Both the position numbers and the translations under genes were made by a program. Positions 41,911 to 53,585 of a stretch of DNA of 64,000 nt are shown here, in pieces. The stretch comes from Rhodoferax sp. (GTDB taxonomy: Bacteria > Pseudomonadota > Gammaproteobacteria > Burkholderiales > Burkholderiaceae_C). The stretch is taken from contig NZ_JAUSLE010000031.1 in the NCBI RefSeq assembly GCF_030646845.1, positions 31,892-95,891 of the forward strand, read 5' to 3'. Each line of letters starts with the position of its first letter. The first letter of the stretch is position 1. Under the pieces are notes generated by a model. It did not search any database. It saw only the letters and a program-made list of their open reading frames with translations, and was not told where the DNA came from.

Positions 41911-43503
41911 ATGGACCGTCGCAGCTTCTTGAATACCACCACCGTGTTGGGAGGCGCCGCCCTCGCAGCGCCCGGACTCGCCCTGGCGCAGACTGCGCCC
42001 GCGGTGATCACGCGCGACGCCATGCGGCCCCAGATGGCGCATGGCATTCAGAGTGGCGACCCCCGGTCAGACGGCGCCGTGATCTGGACGCGCAGCGACC
42101 GCCCGTCGCGCCTTTGGCTGGAGTGGGCCACCACCGCCAGCTTTGCCAATGCCACCCGGGTACGCGGCCCGTATTTGATGGAAGACACCGATTTCACCGG
42201 GCGTGTCGATCTGGCAGGCCTGCCAGCCGGGCAGGAGATTTTTTATCGCGTGGTGTTGCAGGACCTGCATAACGAGCGTGTGTTGTCCGAGGCCATGCCG
42301 GGCCACCTGCGACTGCCTGCCGCAGCAGGGGCCAGGGCTGTGCGCGACGTGCGCTTCACCTGGAGCGGCGACACCGCCGGCCAGGGCTGGGGCATCAACG
42401 AAGCCTGGGGCGGCATGAAGATCTATGAGCAGATGCGCATAGTCAACCCGGACTTCTTTTTGCACAGCGGAGACGCCATTTACGCCGACGGCCCGATTTC
42501 GGCGCAAGTCAAGCTGGCCGACGGCTCGAACTGGAACAACGTGGTGACGGAAGAGGTGAGCAAGGTCGCCGAGACGCTCAACGAGTTCCGGGGCCGCTAC
42601 CGCTACAACCTGATGGACGCCAACGTGCGCCGCATGGCGGCCGACGTGCCGCAAATCTGGCAATGGGATGACCATGAGGTGAGCAACAACTGGTCTGACT
42701 CCAAGGACCTGAGCGGCGACAAGCGTTATACGGAGAAGAACGTGCCTTTGCTGGTGGCACGCGCGACCAAGTCGTTTCTGGAATATGCGCCGCTGCGCCG
42801 CACGGCCGACGTGGAAAACGAGCGCATTTACCGTCATTTGCCGCAGGGCCCGCTGCTGGACATGTTCGTGGTGGACATGCGCAGCTACCGCGGCCCCAAT
42901 AGCCACAACCTGCAGACCACCGAGACCGAAGAGAGCGCGTTCATGGGCCGCCCGCAAATTGCCTGGCTGCTGGACGGACTCAAGCGGTCCAGGTCGGTGT
43001 GGAAAGTGATCGCGGCCGACATGCCCATCAGCCTGCATGTGGCCGACGGCAAGGATGCCGAGGGCCGCAACCGGTGGGAAGCCAGCGCCAATGGGGACGA
43101 CGGTGCACCGCTGGGCCGCGAGATTGAAATTGCCCGCCTGCTGCGCGAGATCAAGCGTGCCGGCATCAAGAACGTGGTCTGGTTGACGGCCGATGTGCAC
43201 TACACCGCCGCGCATTACTTTGACCCGGCCAGGGCCAGGTTCAGTGACTTTTCTCCATTCTGGGAATTTGTGTCCGGCCCGCTGAATGCCGGTGGCTTTG
43301 GCCCCAACAAGACCGACGCCACCTTTGGCATGCAGGTGATGTACCAGAAAGCGCCGAGCGAAGTGAATGCGCCGCCCACCAATGGCATGCAGTTTTTTGG
43401 CCAGGTGGACATCGATGCCAAAACCAAAGCCATGACCGTCACGCTCAAGGACCTCGCGGGGGCGTCGCTGTACGCCAAGACACTGGCCCCGCAGCGGGCC
43501 TGA
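41911..43503 (+). CDS. phoD: Alkaline phosphatase D (Tat-exported)
   Basis: DRRSFL signal; GDAIYAD, WDDHEV and TADVH motifs. Confidence 0.95.
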   Translation: MDRRSFLNTTTVLGGAALAAPGLALAQTAPAVITRDAMRPQMAHGIQSGDPRSDGAVIWTRSDRPSRLWLEWATTASFANATRVRGPYLMEDTDFTGRVDLAGLPAGQEIFYRVVLQDLHNERVLSEAMPGHLRLPAAAGARAVRDVRFTWSGDTAGQGWGINEAWGGMKIYEQMRIVNPDFFLHSGDAIYADGPISAQVKLADGSNWNNVVTEEVSKVAETLNEFRGRYRYNLMDANVRRMAADVPQIWQWDDHEVSNNWSDSKDLSGDKRYTEKNVPLLVARATKSFLEYAPLRRTADVENERIYRHLPQGPLLDMFVVDMRSYRGPNSHNLQTTETEESAFMGRPQIAWLLDGLKRSRSVWKVIAADMPISLHVADGKDAEGRNRWEASANGDDGAPLGREIEIARLLREIKRAGIKNVVWLTADVHYTAAHYFDPARARFSDFSPFWEFVSGPLNAGGFGPNKTDATFGMQVMYQKAPSEVNAPPTNGMQFFGQVDIDAKTKAMTVTLKDLAGASLYAKTLAPQRA

Positions 43504-43598
43504 CTTTCTCGCCGTACACATGGCTGAGTAAACGCGGTGCGCCAGGGTTTCGACACGATACCCTGGCCCCGCCCGGGCCAGGCCACCGGCGCCGATGC

Positions 43599-43652
43599 GC
43601 TATCAACTAGATAGCTACTGAAGCATATTTCACGGGGGCTAGAGGCATAAAA
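43599..43652 (+). repeat. Dispersed repeat copy 4
   Basis: gctatcaactagatagc + 20 nt + gggctagaggc. Confidence 0.8.
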
Positions 43653-43660
43653 CCTATAAA

Positions 43661-44647
43661 TCACCCCTCAAACTGCGGATGCAACTGCCGTATCCGGCTC
43701 ATCGCCATGCCGGCAGCAGCGGTGCGGGTTTCGACGCCCAGCTTGGCAAACACGCGCTCCAGGTGCTTCTTCACGGTCATGGGGCTGGAGCCCAGGATGT
43801 CGCCGATGTCGCGGTTGATCTTGCCCTTGACCACCCAGTACAGCACCTCGGCTTCGCGCGGCGTGAGCTTGAAGCTGAAGGACATGGCTTCGATGACGGA
43901 CTCGTCTGACACCTCTTGCATGATGATGAGCCAGTCGCCGCCGCCTTCGCTGTCGCCGATCTGCTGGTGCAGACGAAAGGTCAGGCGCTTGGGGCCGGAC
44001 TCAATGCTCAGGCGCGGTGGCTCGATCAGCGCCACGGTGTCAGCCACGTGGCGGCGCAGCCATTGGCACACCGGCTCGGGCGTGTGCGGCGCACTGGTGC
44101 CGTAGTAGCGCAGCAGCAGATCGCGCGCCAGCGGGGTTTGCCACATCAGCTTGCCGTCGCTGGCGCGCACGGTGATGCTGGCGAAACCAAAGGCGTCGAG
44201 CGCGTTGCGGGCCTGGCGCCTTTCCCGCGCACCCTGCAAGTGCACACTGATGCGGGCCAGCACTTCCTTGGGCTTGATCGGCTTGGTGACGTAATCCACA
44301 CCGCCGGCCTCCAACGCGGCCACCAGGTACTCGGTCTCGGTCAGGCCGGTCATGAAGATGATCGGGATGTGCGCCGTCTGGGGCGACGCCTTCAGCCGCT
44401 TGGCGACTTCGAAGCCGTCCATGCCGGGCATCATGGCGTCCAGCAGCACGATGTCGGGCAAGGCTTGCGCGGCGCGCTGCAGGGCGGCTTCGCCATGGGT
44501 CGCCACCAGCACGGTGTAGCCGGATTCATCCAGCGCATCGTGCAGCACCGACAGGTTGTCGGGTACGTCGTCCACAATCAGAACGACGTCGCTATTGGCA
44601 CGGTCCAGGGTCTGGTCCAGCGCGCGACTGGGCATGCTAATTTTCAT
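43661..44647 (-). CDS. REC-LuxR response regulator 2 (paralog of 16024-16917)
   Basis: IVDD and LLDAMMP receiver; LTPRE...GKINRDIG HTH. Confidence 0.92.
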   Translation of the reverse strand: MKISMPSRALDQTLDRANSDVVLIVDDVPDNLSVLHDALDESGYTVLVATHGEAALQRAAQALPDIVLLDAMMPGMDGFEVAKRLKASPQTAHIPIIFMTGLTETEYLVAALEAGGVDYVTKPIKPKEVLARISVHLQGARERRQARNALDAFGFASITVRASDGKLMWQTPLARDLLLRYYGTSAPHTPEPVCQWLRRHVADTVALIEPPRLSIESGPKRLTFRLHQQIGDSEGGGDWLIIMQEVSDESVIEAMSFSFKLTPREAEVLYWVVKGKINRDIGDILGSSPMTVKKHLERVFAKLGVETRTAAAGMAMSRIRQLHPQFEG

Positions 44648-47600
44648 GGACTTCTCCGGCCAACTGCTGGCCCATGGCCTCAAACCTGAACTGGCGGGCC
44701 AGGCTGCGCATCTCGCCGACGAAGGCCGCGCATTGCGGCTGCATCTTCTCAATGTCATCAAGCTTGTTGAGAATGCCCCGGTAGTAGCCCAGGCTCACCA
44801 CCTCGCGCAGCGCATCCAGGTATGGCCGCTGGGGGTAGACCCATGCCGGCCGTGGCGACGGTGTGACAGGGGCTATTGGTGCAGGGGCAGATTCCAGCCA
44901 GGTGAGGGCCAGTCGAAGCGCCAGCCAGTCCAGCAGTTCGGAATGGCGCACCGGCTTGCACATGAAGTCGTCTGTCGGAATACCCGCATCGTTGTCCAGC
45001 CCCTTGTCAAACGCATTGGCCGACACGATGGCGATGTGCGCCTTCACCCTCGGTCCGTCGCGACCCAGTGCGCGCAGGCGGCGAATCGTCTCCCAGCCGT
45101 CGATACCGGGCATGGCCAGGTCCATGAAGATGACGTCGGGCTGGTAGCCGGTGGCGAGCAGGTCCAGGCAGTCATGGCCGCTGGCAGCGGTGCGCAGTTC
45201 GAAGCCCAGCGGCTGCAGCAGGTTGACGAGCAGCTCGCGGTCGGCCTCTTCGTTGTCCACCACCAGCACGCGCCGGCGCGGCCCCGCATAGCCATGGCGC
45301 GGCTTGCGGGCCAACGGCCTGGGGCTGCCAGCCAGCACCGCGGATGAGGTGCCAGAGGCAACATACGTCACGTGCACCTCGGGCAAGAACAGCTTCACGC
45401 GAAACACCGACCCGACGCCCGGTGTGCTGGAGACCGTGAGCTCACCGCCCATCAGGTCGGTCAACATCTTGGCGATGGTCAGCCCCAGGCCCGCACCGGG
45501 GGCCGTTGCACCCGGCGTGTTGGCGCGGGTGAAAGGCTCAAAAATGCGCTCATGCTCCTGGGTCGACAGACCCGGGCCGGTGTCTTCTATTTCAATCGCC
45601 GCCATCTCGCGCGCGTAGCGAATGCGAAACGTCACCTGCCCGCGGGTCGTGAACTTGATGGCGTTGCCCAGCAGGTTGATCAAAATCTGGCGCACGCGCT
45701 TTTCGTCTGCCCGCACCACCGCCGGCAGCGCGCCCTGCTCCTCATAGAAAAAGGCGAGGCCCTTGGCCTGCGCCTCGAGCTCGAACATGCTGGCGATCTC
45801 CTGCACAAAATTGGAGAAGTACATGGGCCGGACCGTGAGGGTGAGCCGGCCGCTCTCGATGTGCGCGATGTCGAGCGTGCCCTCGATCAGTGACAACAGA
45901 TGCTCGCCGCCGCGCTTGATGACGCTGACCGCCTGCTTGCGATGTGCCGGGATGGAGGCGTCTTCCCCCATCAGTTGCGCGTAGCCCAGGATGCTGTTGA
46001 GCGGTGTGCGCAACTCGTGGCTGATGGCGCTGATGTAGCGGCTCTTGGCCTGGTTGGCCTGGTCGGCAGCCTGCCGTGCCTGCTCGGCCGCCTGTCTCGC
46101 CTCGTCCGCCACGTGCCTGGCGGTTTGCAGGGCTTCGTCCGTCTGGCGGTGTGACTCGATCTCCTGCATCAGCAAATGGGTCTGGCGGTTCGATTCCTCC
46201 TGCGCCACCTGGCGGCTCTTGTGCGCCAGCACCACCCACCAGGCCACCAGCCCCGCAATGACCAGCAGCGCCATGTAGGCCTTGAGAAAGCCCGAGCGCA
46301 GGGCCGCCTGTGGCGCCTCGAGCAGGTCGATGTCAATCAAGGCGAGCGCGAGGGCCCGCAGCTCCTGGTGATACAACAGCCCGAACACACTGGCGAGCAG
46401 CGGCGCAATCACCAGCATCAGCAGCAGGAAATAGCCCAGACCGGTATCCAGATAAGGCCAGCTGCGTTGGGGCAGCAGCCAGTGCAAGGTGGCGGTCCAT
46501 TGCGAGGACAGACTGGCGTGCGGTTTGCACATGTCACCACAACGCGCGTCCAGCGTGCAGCACAGCGAGCAGATGGACCCCTGGTAGGCCGGGCAATGCG
46601 CCATGTCAGGCCCCTCGTACTCGCGCTCGCAGATCACGCAGCGCTTGAGCTGATAAGGATGGTCGCTGGCAGACGCAAAAAGCAGGCGTTTCGCCGCCGG
46701 GCCGCCCCAAGGCGAAACAGCCCTCTCGGGGGGCAGCGACCCGCGCAGCGGCGGAGCGTGGGGGTCAGTCCCTCGGGCGATGTAGTACTTGCCGCGAGTG
46801 GCCCAGGCAATCAGCGGCGCAGCAACAAATGCCGTCCCCAGTGCGATCAGCGCCGAGAAGGCCTGCGCCAGTTCGCCAAATAGTCCCAGATGCGCCGTGA
46901 TCGACAGGATGGACGCGAGCGCCATGGCACCCACGCCCACCGGGTTGATGTCATACAGGTGGGCGCGCTTGAACTCGATGCCCGGCGGCGACAGGCCCAG
47001 CGGCTTGTTGATGACCAGATCGGCCACCACCGCCATCATCCAGGCGATCGCGATGTTGGAGTACAGGCCCAGCACATCACCGAGCGCCTGGAACACGTTC
47101 ATCTCCATCAGCATGAAGGCGATCAGCGTGTTGAACACCACCCACACCACGCGGCCCGGGTGGCTGTGCGTGAGGCGCGAGAAAAAATTGGACCAGGCCA
47201 GCGACCCGGCGTAGGCATTGGTGACGTTGATCTTGAGCTGCGAGACCACCACAAACAGCGCAGTGGCGGCCACCGCCCAGCCATAGTTGGGAAACACATA
47301 CTCATAGGCCGCCAGGTACATCTGATTCGGGTCGACCGCCCGGTCAGCCGGCACGGCGTGGCTGATGGCCAGATACGCCAGAAAAGCACCGCCCAGCATC
47401 TTGAGCACGCCCAGAATCACCCAGCCCGGCCCGCCCATCAGCACACCCAGCCACCAGCGGCGTTTGTTGGCCGAAGTCTGTACCGGCATGAAGCGCAGGT
47501 AGTCGGCCTGTTCGCCCATTTGCGTCATCAAGGCAATGCCGACGGTGAGTGCCGCACCAAACAAGGGCAGACTGAAGCCCGGGCCCACGCCCTTCTCCCC

Positions 47601-48254
47601 GATATAGTGCGTGACGCCCGCAAAGGCACCAGGATCGCGCATGAGCACATAGGCAAACGGAACGACCAGCATCACCAGCCACAAGGGCTGGGTCCAGACC
47701 TGCAGGCGGCTGATGGTCGAGACGCCATGCGTCACCAGCGGAATCACCACCAGCGCACAGATGAGATAACCCCACCGCGGCGGAATGCCCAGGGCCAGTT
47801 CCAGCGCATAGGCCATGACGGCCGCCTCCAGCGCGAAGAAGATGAAGGTGAACGACGCGTAAATGAGCGAAGTGAGCGTGGAGCCGATGTAGCCAAAACC
47901 TGCGCCGCGAGTGAGCAGGTCCATGTCCACCCCGTAGCGGGCGGCGTAGATGCTGATGGGCAGACCGGCCAGAAAGATGATGAGCCCGGTGGCCAGGATG
48001 GCCCAGAACGCGTTGGCAAAACCATACTGGACCAGCAGCGTGGCGCCCACCGCCTCCAGAATCAGGAAAGAGGCCGCGCCAAAGGCGGTGTTGGCCCCCC
48101 GCCACTCCGACCACTTGCGAATGCGCTGCGGCGTGAAGCGCAGCGCGTAGTCTTCCATGGTTTCACTGGCCACCCACGCGTTGTAGTCGCGCCGGACCAG
48201 CGTGATGCGCTGCACCGCATCGGGCTGGGAAGGTGGGTGGGTCGCTGAAGTCAC
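44637..48254 (-). CDS. Hybrid sensor kinase 2 with permease input (paralog of 12654-16040)
   Basis: Same architecture as kinase 1; SHELRTPL and FMDLAMP. Confidence 0.9.
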   Translation of the reverse strand: MTSATHPPSQPDAVQRITLVRRDYNAWVASETMEDYALRFTPQRIRKWSEWRGANTAFGAASFLILEAVGATLLVQYGFANAFWAILATGLIIFLAGLPISIYAARYGVDMDLLTRGAGFGYIGSTLTSLIYASFTFIFFALEAAVMAYALELALGIPPRWGYLICALVVIPLVTHGVSTISRLQVWTQPLWLVMLVVPFAYVLMRDPGAFAGVTHYIGEKGVGPGFSLPLFGAALTVGIALMTQMGEQADYLRFMPVQTSANKRRWWLGVLMGGPGWVILGVLKMLGGAFLAYLAISHAVPADRAVDPNQMYLAAYEYVFPNYGWAVAATALFVVVSQLKINVTNAYAGSLAWSNFFSRLTHSHPGRVVWVVFNTLIAFMLMEMNVFQALGDVLGLYSNIAIAWMMAVVADLVINKPLGLSPPGIEFKRAHLYDINPVGVGAMALASILSITAHLGLFGELAQAFSALIALGTAFVAAPLIAWATRGKYYIARGTDPHAPPLRGSLPPERAVSPWGGPAAKRLLFASASDHPYQLKRCVICEREYEGPDMAHCPAYQGSICSLCCTLDARCGDMCKPHASLSSQWTATLHWLLPQRSWPYLDTGLGYFLLLMLVIAPLLASVFGLLYHQELRALALALIDIDLLEAPQAALRSGFLKAYMALLVIAGLVAWWVVLAHKSRQVAQEESNRQTHLLMQEIESHRQTDEALQTARHVADEARQAAEQARQAADQANQAKSRYISAISHELRTPLNSILGYAQLMGEDASIPAHRKQAVSVIKRGGEHLLSLIEGTLDIAHIESGRLTLTVRPMYFSNFVQEIASMFELEAQAKGLAFFYEEQGALPAVVRADEKRVRQILINLLGNAIKFTTRGQVTFRIRYAREMAAIEIEDTGPGLSTQEHERIFEPFTRANTPGATAPGAGLGLTIAKMLTDLMGGELTVSSTPGVGSVFRVKLFLPEVHVTYVASGTSSAVLAGSPRPLARKPRHGYAGPRRRVLVVDNEEADRELLVNLLQPLGFELRTAASGHDCLDLLATGYQPDVIFMDLAMPGIDGWETIRRLRALGRDGPRVKAHIAIVSANAFDKGLDNDAGIPTDDFMCKPVRHSELLDWLALRLALTWLESAPAPIAPVTPSPRPAWVYPQRPYLDALREVVSLGYYRGILNKLDDIEKMQPQCAAFVGEMRSLARQFRFEAMGQQLAGEVHEN
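46686..46765 (-). repeat. GC-rich palindromic (REP/MITE-like) element read in frame within kinase 2
   Basis: Encodes PHAPPLRGSLPPERAVSPWGGPAAK, absent from the paralog; tttcgcc/ggcgaaa arms. Confidence 0.65.
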
Positions 48255-48264
48255 ACCCTTGTGG

Positions 48265-48280
48265 TGCAGTTTTCATGCCA
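48265..48280 (-). promoter_or_regulatory. sigma54 promoter for kinase 2
   Basis: TGGCATGAAAACTGCA on the minus strand (GG-N10-GC). Confidence 0.65.
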
Positions 48281-48296
48281 CGGCACGGGATTTGCA
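48281..48296 (+). promoter_or_regulatory. sigma54 promoter for the ure operon
   Basis: CGGCACGGGATTTGCA (GG-N10-GC). Confidence 0.75.
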
Positions 48297-48307
48297 TAGT
48301 TGGAGCC

Positions 48308-48361
48308 ATGGAACTCACCCCGCGCGTTCGGCCGGCATTTCCGGCCGCACGAGCTAATTGA
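48308..48361 (+). pseudogene. Abortive duplicate ureA start (MELTPR...; 17-aa uORF)
   Basis: GGAG-cc-ATG GAA CTC ACC CCG CGC matches the UreA N-terminus, then diverges. Confidence 0.55.
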
Positions 48362-48383
48362 TCAAAGCATTGAGTGAAACGAA

Positions 48384-48686
48384 ATGGAACTTTCTCCTCG
48401 TGAAAAAGACAAGCTGCTGATTTTCACTGCTGGTTTGCTGGCCGAGCGCCGCAAGGCCCGCGGACTCAAGCTCAACTACCCCGAGGCGCTGGCCCTGATC
48501 AGTGCGGCCGTGATGGAAGGCGCGCGCGACGGCAAGACCGTGGCGCAACTCATGAGCGAAGGCCGCACCCTCCTGACCCGGGCGGACGTGATGGACGGCA
48601 TTGCCGAGATGATTCCCGACATTCAGGTGGAAGCCACCTTCCCCGATGGCACCAAACTGGTCACCGTGCACCAGCCGATCCTATGA
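48384..48686 (+). CDS. ureA: Urease gamma subunit
   Basis: [11 protein letters not shown]...LNYPE...[14 protein letters not shown]. Confidence 0.97.
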   Translation: MELSPREKDKLLIFTAGLLAERRKARGLKLNYPEALALISAAVMEGARDGKTVAQLMSEGRTLLTRADVMDGIAEMIPDIQVEATFPDGTKLVTVHQPIL

Positions 48687-48689
48687 ACA

Positions 48690-48780
48690 ACCCCCGGATT
48701 GCCCACTGCGTGTGGCCGCTTTCCCCCTTGCAGGGGGCAACAGGGGTGGCCCGGCTGAGCCGGTTCCACGGTGTTTCTGG
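48690..48780 (+). repeat. GC-rich palindromic intergenic element related to 46686-46765
   Basis: Shared ACCCCC...CTGCG...CGCT..CCCCC...GGGC...GGGG.GGCCCGGC blocks. Confidence 0.5.
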
Positions 48781-48822
48781 CACAGACACTTCATTTTCCG
48801 CCGATCATTTTTTGGAGTCACC

Positions 48823-49014
48823 ATGCGAAGCCAATTTCTAAATGCTATTGTTTTGCTAGCTACATACGCAATATCTACGAGGGCTAGCACCGCATTTGCC
48901 CACGATGGTCATGGCCTGGCGGGCTCGCACTGGCATACCACCGACGTGTGGGGCTTTGTGGCGCTGGGCGGCATGATTGCGCTAGCCATCTGGTTGTCGC
49001 GCGGCGGCAAGTGA
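48823..49014 (+). CDS. 63-aa His-containing membrane peptide (HupE/UreJ N-terminus-like)
   Basis: GGAG RBS; signal ending AFA-HDGHG...HWH, then one TM helix. Confidence 0.7.
   Translation: MRSQFLNAIVLLATYAISTRASTAFAHDGHGLAGSHWHTTDVWGFVALGGMIALAIWLSRGGK
48844..48891 (+). repeat. Dispersed repeat copy 5 (inside a coding sequence)
   Basis: gctattgttttgctagc + 20 nt + gggctag; one mismatch in the right arm. Confidence 0.7.
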
Positions 49015-49021
49015 GGCGACC

Positions 49022-49326
49022 ATGACGCCCGGCGAAATCATCACCGACGGCCCTGATCTCGCGCTCAACCCCGGCCGGCGCACCGTCACGCTGGTGGTGC
49101 AGAACACGGCAGACCGCCCGATCCAGGTCGGTTCCCACTACCACTTTGCCGAGACCAATGGCGCGCTCGGGTTCGACCGGGCTGCCGCGCGGGGCATGCG
49201 CCTGAACATTGCGTCCGGCTCGGCCGTGCGCTTCGAGCCGGGGCAGCAGCGCACGGTGGAACTGGTGGACTACGCCGGTGCCAGAGTGGTGTTTGGTTTT
49301 CGCGGACTCACCCAGGGGGCTCTCTG

Positions 49327-49327
<1 letters not shown>
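49022..49327 (+). CDS. ureB: Urease beta subunit
   Basis: [12 protein letters not shown] and AVRFEPG motifs. Confidence 0.97.
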
Positions 49328-51044
<1,717 letters not shown>

Positions 51045-51045
<1 letters not shown>

Positions 51046-51644
51046 TGCTCCAAACTTCCAAACTCATGCCCCAAGGCGCCGGCCTGGCCCCGGTGCTGCT
51101 CAAACGCGCCGCCACCGTGGAACTGGATTGGGACGTGCGCCAGAAAAGCCGCTTTGATGCCAGCGACTCGCAAGGCCGTCAACTCGGAATCTTCCTGCCG
51201 CGCGGTACCTTGGTGCGTGGCGGCGATGTGCTGGTGGCCGAAGACGGCTCGCTGATCCGGGTCATTGCAGCACCGCAGCCCGTGCTGGTGATCACCGCCT
51301 GCACCCAGCACGGCCGCCCGTTCGACCTGACGCGCGCCGCCTATCACCTGGGTAACCGCCATGTGCCGATCGAACTCAAGCCCGACCATCTGAAAATCGA
51401 GCCCGACCATGTGCTGGCCGACATGCTGCGGGCCATGCATTTGACGGTGCGCGAGGCGACCGAAGCATTTGAGCCGGAAGGTGGTGCCTATTCGGTCACC
51501 GGCCACAGCCACGCCGCCGGCGAGCACGGGCATGACCATGCCCATGCAGCGCCAAAGCCCAACCCCGCCACCATCACGATTGCAGCGGCAGTGCCCCACG
51601 TTCACGGGCCGGGTTGCAGTCACGACCACGGGCACAAGCACTGA
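51045..51644 (+). CDS. ureE: Urease accessory nickel chaperone
   Basis: AYHLGNRH and FEPEGGAY; His-rich tail. Confidence 0.95.
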
Positions 51645-52396
51645 TGCGCCGCCCCGGCACGACCCAACGCAGCAGCCTGTATGCCGGCATTCGTCGGCGC
51701 CGGGAAGCCCCTGCCGCACGCAGCGGCACCAGCCTGATGCAACTGATGTGGCTGGCCTCACCCGCCCTGCCCATCGGCGGCTTCTCCTACTCGGAATGCC
51801 TTGAAGCTGCCGTCGATACTGCGCGGGTGGCTACAGAATCAGGAGCAAAAGAATGGCTACTGGATCAACTTCACTTGAGCCTGGCGCGCGGCGACCTGGC
51901 CGTGGTGGCCAAGGCCGTGCCCGCCTGGCAGCGTAACGATCTGCCCCGCATCACCGAGCTCAACGCCTGGGTGCTGCAAACCCGCGAAAGCAGCGAGTTG
52001 CGGGCGCAGGCCGAGCAAATGGGCCGCTCCCTGCTGGAGTGGCTGCGCAACCACACCACCGCCCGGACAGAACAAATCGAGGCGCTGGCCGCACTGCAGC
52101 CGACCTACCCAGTGGCGTTCGCGCTGGCCGCCAGTGCCTGCCAGGCCCCGTTGCGCGATTGCCTGCTGACCTACACCTTCGGCTGGGCCGAGAACATGGT
52201 GCAGGCGGCTATCAAGTCGGTCCCGCTGGGCCAGAGCGCGGGGCAGCGCATTCTCTCGGCCTTGACGGCGGAGATCCCTGCCGCCGTGGACCACGCCATC
52301 TCGTTGGCGGACTGCGAGCGCCAGGCGTTTTCTCCCATGCTGGCGATCCTGAGCGCCCAGCATGAAGTCCAATACTCACGCCTGTTCAGATCCTGA
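51644..52396 (+). CDS. ureF: Urease accessory protein (start may be 51737)
   Basis: [12 protein letters not shown] and [11 protein letters not shown]. Confidence 0.93.
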   Translation: MRRPGTTQRSSLYAGIRRRREAPAARSGTSLMQLMWLASPALPIGGFSYSECLEAAVDTARVATESGAKEWLLDQLHLSLARGDLAVVAKAVPAWQRNDLPRITELNAWVLQTRESSELRAQAEQMGRSLLEWLRNHTTARTEQIEALAALQPTYPVAFALAASACQAPLRDCLLTYTFGWAENMVQAAIKSVPLGQSAGQRILSALTAEIPAAVDHAISLADCERQAFSPMLAILSAQHEVQYSRLFRS

Positions 52397-52408
52397 AAGT
52401 CGAACCCC

Positions 52409-53068
52409 ATGTCCGCACTGCACCACATCGCCCATCGCACCAAGACACTCCCGCCGCTGCGCGTCGGCATCGGCGGCCCCGTCGGCTCCGGCAAGACCAC
52501 GCTGCTGGAAATGCTGTGCAAGGGCATGCGCGACAAATATGACCTGGTCGCCATCACCAATGACATCTATACCAAGGAAGACCAGCGCCTGCTGACCGAA
52601 AGCGGCGCGCTGCCCGCCGAGCGCATCATGGGCGTGGAAACCGGCGGCTGCCCGCACACCGCCATCCGGGAGGATGCCTCCATCAACCTGGAGGCCATCG
52701 ACCGCATGCTGGTGGACTTTCCCGATGCCGACATCGTGTTTGTGGAGAGCGGTGGCGACAACCTGGCCGCCACCTTCAGCCCCGAGCTGAGCGACCTGAC
52801 GATCTACGTGATCGACGTGGCGGCCGGCGAAAAGATCCCGCGCAAGGGCGGCCCCGGCATCACCAAGAGCGACCTGTTCGTCATCAACAAGACTGACCTT
52901 GCCCCGCATGTGGGCGCCGACCTGAACGTGATGGCGGCCGATACCACCCGCATGCGCACCACCCCCAAAGGACTCAAGCCCTTTGTGATGACCAATTTGA
53001 AGACCAATACGGGACTCGCCGACGTGATTGCCTTCATCGAAACCAAAGGCATGCTGCGAGCCAGTTAG
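52409..53068 (+). CDS. ureG: Urease accessory GTPase
   Basis: [21 protein letters not shown] and NKTD motifs. Confidence 0.97.
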   Translation: MSALHHIAHRTKTLPPLRVGIGGPVGSGKTTLLEMLCKGMRDKYDLVAITNDIYTKEDQRLLTESGALPAERIMGVETGGCPHTAIREDASINLEAIDRMLVDFPDADIVFVESGGDNLAATFSPELSDLTIYVIDVAAGEKIPRKGGPGITKSDLFVINKTDLAPHVGADLNVMAADTTRMRTTPKGLKPFVMTNLKTNTGLADVIAFIETKGMLRAS

Positions 53069-53080
53069 AATATGAGGCTC

Positions 53081-53168
53081 GGAAGCGTGGCAGAGTGGTC
53101 GATTGCACCGGTCTTGAAAACCGGCAACGGGAAACCGTTCGTGAGTTCGAATCTCACCGCTTCCGCCA
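53081..53168 (+). tRNA. tRNA-Ser (TGA)
   Basis: 88-nt cloverleaf; anticodon loop CTTGAAA; long variable arm; TTCGAAT; CCA end. Confidence 0.95.
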
Positions 53169-53342
53169 ATTGGCCTGGAGTTCCTCCAACGGGCCATGAC
53201 TCCACCGGCCCCGTGCCTCAGCTCCCCAAAACTGGGGATACCGAATAAAATCCCACGCTTAAAATGATTTTGTCTTGGCGCCCGATCCTGCAGGATCGGC
53301 TTGAAAAAAGCAGGTCATCGTGAATTGAAAGTGGGGGATCTC

Positions 53343-53585
53343 ATGGTCAAGGAAACTTCTCAAAAACCGCCTGCAGAGCCTAAATCGCCGACCGTTCATC
53401 CCTATTCGGTCAACGATCCGATCCCCGTCCCGGAGGCGGTCGAGTCTGATTCCGACACCGCGTGGGATTTGTGGGAAGACTCTCTATCACCGCAAAACAG
53501 AACGCCTGAGACCGGTTTTGAAAACACCGTACCCGCCGAACTGCCAGCCGTGCCTTCCGCCAAATCGCCCAAACGCCGCCTTTAG
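53343..53585 (+). CDS. Small acidic/Pro-rich hypothetical protein
   Basis: PVPEAVESDSDTAWDLW segment. Confidence 0.6.
   Translation: MVKETSQKPPAEPKSPTVHPYSVNDPIPVPEAVESDSDTAWDLWEDSLSPQNRTPETGFENTVPAELPAVPSAKSPKRRL

Noticed and set aside
48091-48102. RGANT in kinase 2 versus RVGNT in kinase 1
   Set aside because: Non-catalytic difference within a C-run; noted only as a hint that base-call errors are possible, which bears on the UreC and CHAT anomalies.
51500-51644. His-rich low-complexity tail
   Set aside because: Normal UreE nickel-binding tail.
53081-53300. tRNA-Ser as an integration site for an island
   Set aside because: No integrase in the window, and I saw no duplicated tRNA 3' end.
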